Shown here: positions 14,951 to 32,285 of the stretch, piece after piece | How the letters are laid out: every line of letters starts with the position of its first letter | How positions within the stretch are numbered: the first letter of the stretch is position 1 | Origin: the human T2T-CHM13v2.0 reference genome, Homo sapiens | DNA: 64,000 nt | Reading direction: 5' to 3' (one strand) | NCBI RefSeq assembly: GCF_009914755.1 | Contig: NC_060940.1 | Position numbers and translations under genes: made by a program | The notes under the pieces: model-generated | The model's input: the letters and a program-made list of their open reading frames with translations, nothing else | The model's database searches: none | What the model was told of the DNA's origin: nothing

Positions 14951-16080
14951 CACCTTCTCCATTTTCTTTGGTTTCCCAGCCACCATGACAGTTTTCTAGG
15001 ACTTGCTTCCAGTTGTTAGGAGATGGGGCTACCCTCTTTGAACTTGGGTTCCAGGCAATGAGTCCATGGTCCCCGGTAGCCAGCACCCCTGATTCTGGCT
15101 TAGGCTAGCACACGTGGATTTCTGTTATTTGCAATCAAAACCAAACCAAACCAACACTCAGAAAACACTTCGACTGAGACAGTTTGGCAGGCCAAGAGCC
15201 CCATGAACTCTATTGGAAACCCCTTTGATCTGGATGCCAGGGAATTCTTGCCCCAGACCCTGTCCCCACGTATAGAAAAACCCAGCAGGCCCGAACCTCG
15301 GTGTGGGGCAGCCACGGGAGCTCCTAGGCAGCCCTCCTGGCTGTGCCGGCCGACAGGCCTTCTGTCATGCATCCCATACCCACACCTCCTACTCCCAGAT
15401 GGGCAGGTTTCTGGCAAGTTCCACACTCAACCCAGGAACCCGTTGAGCAGGTGCCTTGAAATGGACAGTACCCCTACACACTGGGCACAGGAGGGCCTTC
15501 CCTGGCCAGGTGGGGACTGCAGAATGTGTGAGCAAAGAGCAAATTCGGGTAATTACAGCTTCATTAACTACCCACCAGGCTGAGTGCCACTCAGCATCCG
15601 TGATCTCAACAACCAGCCCAGCTGGGAAGATGCCAGTATCCCCATTGGATGGGAGAAAGAACCAAGGCTTCGATATCCTAATAAGTCAGCCTCTTACTCT
15701 AGGTCAAATAGTTACTAAGTCAGGGAGCCAGAACATTTTGTGTCTACGTGAAGTAAGGCTTATTATTAACATTTTAAAATATAAACAGTGCATGAAAAAC
15801 AGTGTACTAGGTGGCTTTGCACTTCTCACCAGCTGCCACTGTTTTACCTTCAACTTTTTGCAGGAACAGGAGCTGGAATATTTTAAAGCAAATCTCAGAT
15901 ATCACTTATGTCACCTGCAAATGCATCAGAATATGCATCTTGAATACATGAGGATAATGTATTCATTTCTCTTTCTTAACATACCCATGAGGTCATTATC
16001 ACTAGACCACTTGGTTTGGGAAGTTCCAGCTGGGACCACCACAGCTTTATCCTAGGAGGGACCAGGGCAGTACCAGCCTA

Positions 16081-17021
<941 letters not shown>

Positions 17022-17953
17022 TCAATCAGTTTATTCTTTGTGCATGTTCTGGCTTCTTCTCCAAAGGATGCTGAGGACTAGTCCTGAGCAGTCTTGTCCT
17101 GCAGTTAGATGCATTGGCCCTGGAGCCCACCGTCAGCAAGTAAGACCCGACTCTTCCTCTCATTGCCCAGGTGACCTCTGTGCCTTGGTCTCCTCTTTCA
17201 TAAAATGTGTGCGAATAATAGCACTTGCTTCACACGCTGCTCATGAGGAGCAAACCAGCTAAGGTACAGGAACTGCTTAGAATGGTTCCTAGTGCATAGA
17301 AAGCGTTCGTTAAGGCAAAGATGTCCTGTTCTTACCAAAACGGCGATGTCTGTTACCAAAACGGAGATGGCCGGATCGCTAGGCTGCCATAGGACCCCGG
17401 GAGTGAGATCACAGCAAGTCACTAGCAGTCTGTTGTGCAAGGGAGGGGCTGGGAGACAACAGAAGGAGACTGGGGGCTTCTTTTACAGCTTTGGGGAGTG
17501 CAGGATTAAAGAGGGGCTCAAAGGGTGCCCTCAACCTGAGGGCTCCAGGCAGAGCAGGCGTCTCCGAGGTGGGGAGGCTGCAGGCGGTGACTTGGCAGGA
17601 GGTGGTGAGGACTGAGCTTGGGTTGCCCGGAGCAATGCTCCTGAGATGCCCCACAAGCAACCCCTGGGGACCTGCTTCCCAAAACCCCGGAGAGGACGAG
17701 AGGGGGCCCACTAGCTGGAAGAGCTGAGATGCCTCCAGAAGTCTCTAGAAGGTTCTGTCCTCCCCAGGCCCAGTGGGGAGACGAGAGACTCAAGCAATTG
17801 AGGAGTGTGGGGTGCCCCAGACACCCGGGAAGGCAGAGGGTCAGGAGGTCAGGGCTGGGTTCTGAGCAAACCCCAGTGCCACCGTTGTCCCAGGTTTGAT
17901 TGTCCCCAAGCCTCAGGAAACCAGTTGTGTACTGTGATTTAAGTAGGACATGG

Positions 17954-18315
<362 letters not shown>

Positions 18316-18487
18316 TTATACTCATGCACGAGGGAGACACTGAAACCTCCCCAGTTGTCCATCTTAGCAAAGAAAACTCATAGGCTTTACACCTTGGGAA
18401 GGACAGAAATTCCAACTGAATAAGGCAACGAGTTATGAAATGAGACGGCTGATCCAAACGCAGACATTTCAGAGGTTCATGATATGA

Positions 18488-18782
<295 letters not shown>

Positions 18783-19480
18783 AAGATATTTTATTTTAAA
18801 AAATTTTTATTTTATATTTATATCAGCTAGCCCTGACCACTGGAAAGGCCTAGAAAAAGTAGTCGCCTCAGTAGCCTAACACACCAATTATGGTCTTGAA
18901 ATGCCGTTTCTCATTTCAAACACTAAAATTAAAAAGCACGGTGTCTTGGAGAAATAGCTGACTCCAGGACTGGAAAGGTGCCAGCCAGTGTACAAGACAA
19001 GGCTGAATTATCTTATTACACCAGATAGCAAAGAATTATGCCAAAGAACTCAGGGCCAATCCGAAGTCATTCCCACCAGCCAAAGCTGTGTGACCATGTG
19101 AGCTTCAATATGAATAATATTTGCAATGGATGGAAATGCACCTATGTTTAAACTCACGAGTTCACAAATGTATTTTTAAAACTTGCATATGTACATGTGA
19201 TTTAAAAAAAGAAAAATAAAAAATATAAAGACTATCTGATCACTTTCAGAGGATGATGAGAAACCAACATGTTATCTTGAAAAGTGGCTAATAAAGGGAA
19301 GGAATCCAGCAATTCTTCTGCCTTTCCTGTACCAATCGGTAACAAAATTGCAGATGAAGAAATGCCTCTTTTTATAGAAGTATTCCAATCAATAAATTTA
19401 AAAGCAATGGTGGAGTAGTACAGTTTTGCAATCCCCAATGAGTTAGTGAATCTAGGCTTTGAGCAACGACAAGTACATTA

Positions 19481-19950
<470 letters not shown>

Positions 19951-20025
19951 CCAGACTATAGGAGTGCACAGGTCAAACGGCCAGGATTCTTCAACAGATA
20001 AACTGTAAGCAAGAAAGATGGATCG

Positions 20026-20565
20026 TGTGTTAGACAGAATAATGGCTCCCAAAAGATGTCCATGTCCTAATCCCCTGAACCTGGGAATGTGTCCGCTGAA
20101 GGGTAGAAGGGGCTTCCCAGGTGCGATTGTGTTGAGGATCCTGAGATGGAGAGAGGAGCCTGGATTAGCCAGGTGGGTCCAATGTCATCACAAGGATCCT
20201 TATAAGGGTTGTAGGTGGGGAGTGTGTCCGGTTAGAGTCAGAGAGGAGAGGGGATGACAGAAACTGAGTTCAGAAAGATTGGGGGAGGGAGAGAGGGAGG
20301 AAGAGAGATTTGAAGATGGAGGAAGGGGCCATGAGCCAAGTATCACAGGCAGCTTCTAGAAGCAGAAAAAGACAAGAAAACAGATCCCACCCCCTTCAAG
20401 TTTCCAGAAGGAACACAGCCCTGCTGACACACCTTGCACGTCGACTTTGGCCCAGTAAGACTGTTTTGGATATCTGACCTCTGAAACTGTAAGACAACCA
20501 ACTTGTGTTGTTTTAAGCCAGTAAATGTGTAATAATCTGTTACAGCAGCAACGGAAACTAAGACA
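20026..20565 (+). mobile_element. MLT1D-like MaLR solo LTR
   Basis: cagaataatggctcccaaaagatgtccatgtcctaatccc...gttacagcagcaacggaaactaagaca; 5-bp TSD gatcg/gatgg. Confidence 0.85.
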
Positions 20566-21211
20566 GATGGGAAACCTATAGGCTAAAGACAGGTAACAGA
20601 CATGGCAAATTCACAAAACGGGCACAACCAAACCAGAGTGTGTAGGCAGGCGAGGAAGGGATGAGCATGTGAATGTCACAGTCAGGAGAATGGCCACATT
20701 CGGAGGAGGGTGCAGGCTGCGGGGCAGGGACAGGGCCTGCGGGGAGCTCGCAGGGATGGGGGCAAAGTTCCTCTTTGTCCTGGCTGCTGGCTTCCAGGGC
20801 TCATTAAGCTGCACCTTTGTTTGGGGTGTTCCCAATGACTGTTTGATTTTACATTTAACAAGGTAAAAATAGTAACCGTGGCAACGACAGTTTTAGGGTG
20901 TAGAATAGGACCTCTCTCTCTCTGCAGCTGTACAAGCAGCAGCAACATTTTCTTCTGATCTGAGATTTCTTTCAGCAGCAGCAGCAGTAGCACACAAATC
21001 AGTGCAGAGAGAAAAGAAAGGCCGGTCTTCAGAGCTCATGACTTACATTCTGCAAAGAGGTGGGCAGAGCAGGCTCACCCCCAAATGGAATATGGGGTGT
21101 GCAATGTTTTGTAAAAGCCCAGCGTAAAAATGTAAAGCCCAGTGCGGCAGATGAGCCAGGCACCCCCTCCATCCCGCACCCATTCATCTCTCCTTGCAGA
21201 AGGCTGCCTCC

Positions 21212-21890
<679 letters not shown>

Positions 21891-21923
21891 ACTAAAAGTA
21901 TAATAAGATGGGAGGAGATGGTT

Positions 21924-22050
21924 AATATATATATGTATATAAATGTATGTGTGTGTATACACATATACATACATATATACACACATACATACATATATAC
22001 ACATATACATACATATGTATACATACACATACATATGCATATATATATGT
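21924..22050. repeat. (TA)n/(CATA)n compound microsatellite
   Basis: atatatatatgtatata...acatatacatacatatatacac. Confidence 0.95.
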
Positions 22051-22141
22051 AGAGACAGGTCTCACTAATCCTCTAAGGTAATCCTCTCACCTTGACCTTT
22101 CAAAGTGCTCGGATGAGAGGCATGAGCCACCGCACTCAGCC
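22051..22141 (-). mobile_element. Alu monomer (FLAM-like) fragment
   Basis: caaagtgctcggatgagaggcatgagccaccgcactcagcc. Confidence 0.75.
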
Positions 22142-22338
22142 AGATGATTAATATAGAACACCTAGTCACAGAGAACCTCTGTGGCCTTTACCTGGCTGCT
22201 TCTACCGCCACCACCGCCCCACTCCTAGCTCCTCCCACAATATATGGCACCTGATGTGCACTTAGTAACTATTTTGCTGCATGGGCAGGTGGATGGATGA
22301 AAGACAGTGACTCCCCTCCCATTAGAGAAGTTGAGAAA

Positions 22339-22733
<395 letters not shown>

Positions 22734-23235
22734 TTACTGGCCACCCTCACCTCAAGTTCCCTTGTTTCCTTCCCAATTTCCAAACCTGAACCTCTGCCCT
22801 TCTCCTCTTCATTATGTGAGGTGCTGATCCTTCCACTAAATTCCCTTTTTTGCTTTGCTTAATAGAGCCAGAGTCAGTTCGGTTGCTTGTAACCAGGCGA
22901 TTTCCAACTGATACTGCCAGGTGAAGCTCAGCAGGTACGGAATGTTAAATAGAGCATTGAGTGTCCTGACAGCTAAGACACAAGTCCAATGTGGAGAAAC
23001 TCTATCTACCCAGGGCTTCTTCAGGGCCAGGTAATACTCACGTAGCCTTCATCACCATCTGTAAGGTGTGTGTAACCCTTTTAGAAATAAGAGAGCCCAA
23101 GGCTCCAGTACATGGCCCAAAGTCCCAAAGCCTGGAGGAAGATCAGCTGGGGTACAGTTCATCATGAGAGAAGAGAGAAACAGTTTTTATGTTTTTTTGT
23201 TGTTTTTTGTTGTTGTTGTTGCTGTTGTTCTATTC

Positions 23236-23610
<375 letters not shown>

Positions 23611-23806
23611 TTAAATGAAAACACATTTATGAAACACTTAAAACATTAACAAAATAAACAAACTAATGCAATAACTTCAGGAGGGTAGAATTTTCACAGG
23701 GGAAGTGGTTGTTTTTGGGCATCCCAGTTCAGCATTCGGGTAAAAGGTCGTAAGCAGCCTTAGGCTGGGAGTTTTCGCCTGACCTCATGTATTCTGGGCC
23801 CATTCA

Positions 23807-24160
<354 letters not shown>

Positions 24161-24989
24161 AGAAATGAGGCTCAGGGAGTGGCGCAATTTGTCAAGAACT
24201 CCCAGAAGTCACAGGTAAAGTAAGCATTGACCCAGAGTGAATTTAGTTTTCTAAATGTCCATGCCTACCCTCTGTTGAAAGGGTTCCCACCCTGTGTTCT
24301 CCCTGGCCTGACTTGGCCCCAAGGACCCATGGAGGGGCCTGAAGCTCCTGGGCTCTGGTGAGCAGCTCTCAGTGGCGGGACTCCCACATGGGCACCAAGG
24401 ACCCCTTCCCCAGGCAGGACCCAGCAGTGCAACCATGGGCACTCACAACCCCCTTCAGTGTCTTTGTGGGGGTTGGAGAAGGGGGCCCCATCTTCTGCCA
24501 TCAGCATATGCAAATCACAACCGTGTCAGTGGCGCTCCCTAGAGATCCACCAACCTGCCCAAACACACCTGGGCCCTGCTGGATTTATCCAGCACTTCCT
24601 TGGAGCCAGGCAATACTTGTGTAGCCTTCATGACCGCCTGTAAGGTACATGTAACTGACCCGTTTTAGAGATGAAAGAGGCCAAGGCTCTGAGGGTAAGA
24701 TATATGGCTTAAGGTCCCAAAGCATAGAAGGGATCAAACTAGGGCCCTGGAGCTCAGCCCCACACTGAAGCTTTCCCATGGGAGGGTGTGACTCGAGGCC
24801 CTTGTCTGAGGACAGGCAGAGGGCCACCTCCAAAGGCGTTGCCTGCAGACCTGGGCCAGGAGCACGCTTGCTGCAATTCCCAGCCCTCATTTCAGCATCA
24901 ATCAGGAACCCCGAATGTTGTGCAACCACTGCTGCTCTCCTAGGCAGCACGTCTCCAACCCCTTCTCCTGCCAGGACTCTGCTCAATCT

Positions 24990-25370
24990 TTAGCGCTGGC
25001 TCTGAATCACCTCTTTGGAAGCCTTCCTTGAGCCTCACCTACAGGTTGCCTTTGTGTCCCCACTGTGCCTGCACATGGTGTCATCATAACATGTGCCATG
25101 TGGTTTTGCTCCTCCTCTGGATTGAGAGCTCTTAGATGGTAGAGACCCTAAGTCATCTCTCTGCTTGACATCTAGCGTGGTGCAGGCAAACAGTAGGTAC
25201 TCAGTCCATGACTTTTGAGTCAGTGAGTGATCAGAGGGATGAGGTTGAGTCTCCTTCCTAAGTAGGCTGAGAGCTTCCAGGGAGGGACCTGAGAGTCATA
25301 ATTGCCCTCATCTGTCCTGATCCCCAGTCTTCCTCCATGCCTAGCAGTAGGGGCTGGTCAAAATAAGTTT
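24990..25370 (+). mobile_element. Two L2 3'-end fragments
   Basis: cagtaggtactcagt...tgagtcagtgagtga and gctgagagcttccagggaggg...tccccag...cctagcag...aataagtttg. Confidence 0.55.
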
Positions 25371-26020
25371 GTGGTTGGGTGGGTGGATGGATGGGTGGGT
25401 GGAGGAGTGGAGGGGAGGGTGGATGGGTGAGTGGGTGGGTGGATGAATGGATGGATGGATGGATGGATGGATGGATGGATGGATGGGTAGGTGGATGGAT
25501 GAATGGATGGGTGGGTGGGTGGATGGATGGATGGATGGGTGGGTAGGTGGATGGATGAATGGATGGGTGAGTGGGTGGATGGATGGATGGGTGGATGGAT
25601 GGGTGGATGGGTGGGTGGACGGGTGTGTGGATAGGTGGGTGGGTAGGTGGATGGATGAATGTATGGGTGGGTGGGTGGATGGATGAATGGGTGGATGGAT
25701 GGGTGGATGGAAGGGTGGATGGATGGGTGGATGAATGGGTGGGTGGATGGGTGGATGAATGGGTGGATGGATGGGTGGATGGGTGGATGAATGAGTGGAT
25801 GGATGAGTGGATGGGTGAGTGGGTGGATGGATGGATGGGTAGATGGATGGGTGGATGGGTGGGTGGATGCGTGGGTGGATGGATGGGTGGGTAGGTAGTT
25901 GGATGAATGGATGGGTGGGTGGGTGGGTGGATGGATGGATGGGTGGATGGATGGGGTGGGTAGGTGGATGGATGAATGGATGGATGGGTGGGTGCACAGG
26001 TGGGTGGGTGGGCGGGTGGT
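25371..26020. repeat. (GGAT/GGGT)n compound microsatellite, ~650 bp
   Basis: Continuous tggatggatgggtgg units. Confidence 0.97.
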
Positions 26021-26159
26021 CTAGCTGGAGGCAGTGCAGCATGATAGGAGTGCAGGTTCTGGCATCTGACTCCTGGGCATCTGACTCTAGGAACACAGAA
26101 CCTGGCTTTTCATCTTCTCTTAGCTGTGTGGCTGTGATCAACAGACTCAACCACCATGT

Positions 26160-26900
26160 GTCTCGGATCGTGTCTCAGGTCAGGTTCCACAGAAGCAGGT
26201 CCTGAGACAAAGACTCACATGCTGGTGATTTCCACCCAACCCGCCAAGAGAGTTTTACTCTGTCACCCAGGCTGGAGTACAGTGGCACAGTCACAGCTCA
26301 CTGTAGCCTGGAATTCCCAGGCTCAGGCAATCCTCCTGTCTTAGCCCCCTGAGTAGCTGGGACCGCAGGAGCACACCACCACACCTGGCTTATTTTAAAA
26401 TTATTTGTAGAGATGGGCTCTCCCTAGGCTGGTCTCGAACTCCTGGGCTCAAGCGATTCTCCTGCCTCGGCTTCCCAAAGTGCTGGGATTACAGGTGTGA
26501 GCCACCATCCCAGGCCACATGCCAGTGATTTATGAAGGAAGTGCCACAACAGAAACTGGCAAGGGAGTGTAGGAACACAGTGCGGATGGGTACAGTTTTA
26601 GGCCAAGTCCCAGGCCTGGCCTCACCCCATTGGGAGCTGTGAAGGGCGAGTTATGCCTCTGCCTTGTCCCACCAAAGGCTAGAACCTCCTGCCTCGCACT
26701 TGCCGGTTGCCTGGGGGTGAGAACGTTTCCAGGCACTTCTGGTCTTGCGTGTCCAGGCAAAGCAGCCCAGGAGCCCAGACCTGGCCTTCAAAAATCTGTA
26801 GGTGCTGGGGGTTATTGAGGAAGCCCCAACACTGAGGGAGGGGGGCACCACACGGGGAAAACGGGTCTGAGGGGATCTGGGTGGGTACCACATTGTTGGC
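26160..26900 (-). mobile_element. LTR33-like ERVL LTR interrupted by a reverse Alu (~26250-26516)
   Basis: tctcaggtcaggttccacagaagcaggtcctgagacaaagactc...gaggggatctgggtgggtacca. Confidence 0.6.
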
Positions 26901-27719
26901 TACAATTTCCCCTTCTGCAAAATGGTGAGCGCAAAATGCTGAGCGCAAGCAAATTGTTACAAGGATGAAGTGAGGGCAAAATCTGAGCACAGGGCCCGGG
27001 GGCAGGTCAGCGGTATCGCTGGCTCACACTGGGCTATTCTTATCCTCCCACAAGGTCCTCTGGCTCTCATTAAATATTTGTTGAATGAATTAACCAGCTT
27101 TCCTACTGGTTTAACTGGGTTCATGGGACCCGCCCCTGTACCGCCCAAACTGTTGATCAAAAGTCCCTTGGTGTCCAGGCTGGCTGGTAAAAATGACAGC
27201 CAGACCCAATGCAAAGAGCCAGCTGCGGCATCCAGTCCCATCACCATGGGAGCTCCCCAGGCTTCCCGGGGTGGGCGCCTGAATGTAGTCATTGTCCCTG
27301 GGTTTTGGCTCCCTTCAGGTTCACTGGGGCCAAGGCACTCTGCCGCCTCGGGCCAGGGCTCTCTTGTTCATTCAACACAGTAAACATTCCATTCAAGCCC
27401 CTACTATGTACCAGACACACTTCCAGGTGCTGGGAATAAAGCAGGAAAGATAACAGACCTCAGGGAGCTGGCAGTCCAGGGGGGGCACGGGCAAAAAGCA
27501 AACAGACCAAGTCAGTGGTAGAAGGGCTTTGGGGGAAAATAAAGCCGAGTAAGGAATGGAGAGAGACAGAGGTGTGTTTACCTTTGTATTTTCAAATAAT
27601 TACAGATTTCCAGGATGTGGTCCAGGGTACTCTTCACTTGGCTTCTTCCCATGGTTACATCTTACATAACCACAGTGCCAAATCTAAGCCAGGAAACGTG
27701 TGCAGCTACAATGTGAGCA

Positions 27720-27865
27720 CAGCAGTCCCTTGGTATCCACGGCGATTGGTTCCAGGACCCTGTCTCCCAGGACAGCAAAATCCCAGGGTGCTCAAGTCCC
27801 CCAGTCAGCCCTCCCAGTATCCGCAGGCTCCTCAGAAACCTCAGACGGAGGGAGGGCCACTGTGT
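27720..27865. mobile_element. MER2-like Tigger MITE inside old L1M fragments (~27570-28400)
   Basis: cagtcccttggtatccacggcgattggttccaggaccc. Confidence 0.7.
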
Positions 27866-28420
27866 GTGGTTTCTGAGTCATTTTTTCACTGTATAGATTC
27901 ATGCAGCCACCCGTACAGCTAGGGAAGAGAACGATTCCATCACGCCTAGGTCCGCCTTGCACAACCTTTGTGGTGACATCCACACCACCCCTAACCCCAG
28001 CATCCACTCATGTGTTCTCCTTGTCTATAATCTTGTCATTTCAAGCATGGTATGAAGGAGAATCACACGGTATGTGACCTTTTGAGATCTGAATATATTC
28101 TTCACCGGATTCCCCAGGTCTGTGTGTTCTCTCTCCCCCTCCCTTTCCCTCTCCTCTTCCCTCTCCTTTACCCTGAAAATCTTCAGGGTGCATTTTCAGA
28201 AAAAAAACAGGGACATTCTCTTACATAACTAGAGTCCAGTGATCAAAATCAGGAAGTTCACACCAGACAATACAATTCTCTACAGACCTTATCCAAATTC
28301 ACCAAATGTCCCACTGATGTCCTTTACAGCAAAAGAGAAAGACCTTTTTTCCCCCAATCCAGGATCTGACCCAAAACTGCAAGTTGCATTTGATTACCAT
28401 CAGGGAGCTCTTTAGTCTCC

Positions 28421-29068
<648 letters not shown>

Positions 29069-30529
29069 TGACTTTCCTAGCATGGTTATTTTTGAAGAAT
29101 CCAAGCCAGTCAAACTCCAGAACGTCCTGCACCTCGGTGTGATGCACGTCTTGGTGAGATTCAGGTTCAGCCTCTGCAGGAATGCCCCAGACGCGGCACC
29201 GTGTCCTCCTTTGCGAATCATATTGGGGGCACATGATGTGTCTCATCCCATTCCTGGTGATGATCATGTTGATCCCCTGGCAAGGTTGGTGTGTGACAGG
29301 TTTCTCCACTGTAAAGTGACTGTTTTCCCTTTGCAATGAATAAGTCTCTGGTAGGGACATACTTTGAGAGCTTCAAATATCCTGTTTCTCATTAAACTTT
29401 GACCTGCTTTGTTTTCAGAGCTTTTAATTGAAGCGAAACTTAGACCTAGAGAAAAGTACACACACTGCAAGTTCCGCTCAATGGGTGATTACAAAGGGAA
29501 CACAGTGGCAGGGCAGTAGGAGGGTGCGCTTTATGTGGGGTGCTCAGGGAAGGCCTCCCTGAACGGAGGGTAGCAGGGAAGAGCTGGGGGCAGAGCGTGT
29601 GTGGCAAAGGGGCATGGGAAGCACCAAGGCCTGGAGGCAGCATTCAGCTCAGCTCGTCTGACAACCAGGAGACCAGGGTTGGGGCAGGAGGAGGGGAGTT
29701 GACAGATGGGGCCTCTTGGGGCCAGAATAAGAAATCTAATTATATTACAAGGGTGATGGCAAGGTCTTCACTCGGGTTCTCCACGTTCCCGGGGTTCCCC
29801 AAGGTAACCCCAGGAAACAGTTGTGGAGGAGTGGTGAAGGGAGGCATCTCACTTCACAGGGGGTGCAGAAGCTGGGGCGTCTACCCATCCCCTGGGGTCA
29901 GTCATGGGGGAATGCCGGGAGGTGAAGCGGGGAGTTAACATGGCCTTATTTCTGGCCCAGGTGCCAAAATAAAATCCCTCAAGCAGAGAGCCTCAGGTGT
30001 TTGCAGTAAGCAGACCTTGTTGAGGGTGAGTGGAGAGGGGCTATGAGCAGCAGCTTCTGCTACAGCAAGTTATGGGGGGCTTGAAATGGGGAGGTGTGTG
30101 CTCTGACGTTCACTTTTACCACCTCTCTGTGTTACTGAGAATCAACTGTGGGAGGGGAGGCTACCACCACCCTGTGCCCTTGCTTGGAGGGGATCCCAAG
30201 CCCCTCTGAATTCCTCAACAGGCAACTGAGTCTGGGGAACAGGCTACACCGGACGAGGAGAAAGGAAGATCCGGCCCCAGACCCCCTGTGCACTCTGCCC
30301 CTCCTGCATTTCTAAGAGCTGCTTTCCTGAGAACTGACCTCACCCCTTCAGGCACAACCTCACTTGGGAAGCCCAGGGTTCTAGGAACTTGCAAAGAGAG
30401 AAACTGCGAACTTTGAATTCTATTGTATCCAAAAGCCAACGAAAATCATAGATTTAACTTCCGATCAGGCTTCCCAGTTAAAAATATTCATTCATTTTCC
30501 ATTCAACAAGTATGTCTTCAGAACCTATT

Positions 30530-30950
30530 TTAAAATAGATTTGTATGGAGACACAATCCAAACAAAATTCACCATTTAAAAGCGTGATTCCGTGGTTTTA
30601 GTATATTCGCAAGGTCATGCAAACCCTCCCTCTAATTCCAGAACATTGCCATCACCCAAAGAAGAAACACCAGCAGCTCCCAATGCCCCCTCCCCGCAAC
30701 CGCTGACGACCACTCATCGGCTTCCTGTCTGTGTGCAGTTGCCTGTTCTGGGCAGGTCACCTGAGTGGCGTCACACAGGATGTGGTTTTTGTGACTGGTT
30801 TCTTTGACGTGGATCATGTTTTCCAAGCCCATCCAACCTGTCGTGTGGATGAGTGTCTCATTCCTTTCTATGGCTGAACCATGTCCCATCCTCTGGGCAT
30901 GCCACGTGCTGTTCACCTGCTCTCTGTTGGTGGACGTTAGCGCTGTTTGC
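30530..30950 (-). mobile_element. L1MB/ME 3' fragment
   Basis: caaaattcaccatttaaaag...ttccagaacattgccatcaccc...cattcctttctatggctgaa. Confidence 0.7.
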
Positions 30951-31569
30951 ACTCAGCGCCCTCTTTTAAACTCGTAACTGTGATAAAGTTGCCATCACTT
31001 TGGGGAAACCGTGGGTGCAGTGGGGCTCCCCGCTGCAGGAGATCTGACTTGGTCCAGGGATCAGAAGGGGCCTCTCTGGAGAAGCGACAACTCAGTTACA
31101 ACCTCAAGGATGCGCAGGAGCCGGCAGGGTGAGATTTAGGGGTGCTGGGGCCTCTGGGGCATGTTCCAGACAGAGGGAAGAGGTCAGGCAGAGGCTGGCA
31201 GGGAGAGAGCACATACCTGGGGCCTAGAGAAGGAAGGAAGTTTCGAATGGCAGAAGTGGAGAGATGGAGAGAGAGTCAGGCATCAGGGCTACAGGGCCCT
31301 GGTGTGGCCTATGAAGGAGTCTGGATTTTAAACCAAGGGGATGACCTCATCTCTTGTGAGTTTCAAGATGCCAGGACAGCCACAGTAAAACTGGGACCAT
31401 CTTGGCCAAATCAGGGTGGTTACCTCCGTGAGTGACCATGGCAGGCACAAACTGGTGAGTTTAAACATGGAAGGCCCTGGGCCTCTTTGCTCTGGATCGC
31501 AGTTCTCTTGGCTCTGAGTGACAGGCCTGGATGCTTTTGAATTTTTGAAAGGAGAGTAAGTTTGGAAAG

Positions 31570-32285
31570 GGAGTCACATTTCCAACTGTGTGACATTCTG
31601 GAAAAGGCAAAACTTATAGAGACAGTAAAAAGATCAGCGGTTGTCAGGGGTCCAGGGAAGTGGGGGATGAATTAATGGCACTCAGAGGGTTTTCAGGCCG
31701 GTGAAACTAATCTCCATGACACTGCCATGGTGGACCCGTGTCATTATGTCATTTATACATTTGTCATAACCCACAGAATGTACGACTCCAGGAGTGAGCT
31801 CTACTGTAAACAATGGACCGGCCGCACGCGGTAGCTCATGCCTGTAATCCCAGCACCTTGGGAGGCCGAGGTGGCTGGATCACGTGAGGCCAGGAGTTCA
31901 AGAGCAGCCTGGCCAACATGGCGAAACCCTGTCTCTATTAAAAATACAAAAAAATTAGCTAGATGTGGTGATGCACATCTGTAATCCCAGCTACTCAGGA
32001 GGCTGAGGCAGGAGGATCACTTGAACCCAGGAGGCAAGGTTACAGTGAGCCGAGATCGTGTCACTGCACTGCGGCCTGGGCAACAGAGCAAGACTCTGTC
32101 TCAAAAAAAAAAAAGGGACTTAGTTAATAATGAATCAATGTTTGCTCATCAGTGGCATCAATGTGCCGCACCAATGCACAGTGTTATTCATAAGAGACAC
32201 GGGGTGGGGGTGGGGCTGGGAGAAGGGACACATGGAAACTATTTTCTGTGCAATTTTTTCTGCTCTCAAAACTAAAGTTTTTTTT
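31570..32285 (+). mobile_element. L1MC-like 3' end interrupted by an Alu (31820-32114)
   Basis: gacattctggaaaaggcaaaac...gagacagtaaaaagatcagcggttg...acccacagaatgtac. Confidence 0.75.

Noticed and set aside
15456-16055. 199-aa ORF
   Set aside because: No recognisable domain, non-ATG start, and it appears to overlap degenerate MIR/L1ME sequence; no exon evidence.
25341-26150. 269-aa His/Pro-rich ORF and the overlapping Trp/Met/Gly ORFs
   Set aside because: They are translations of the (GGAT/GGGT)n microsatellite, which lacks stop codons in several frames.
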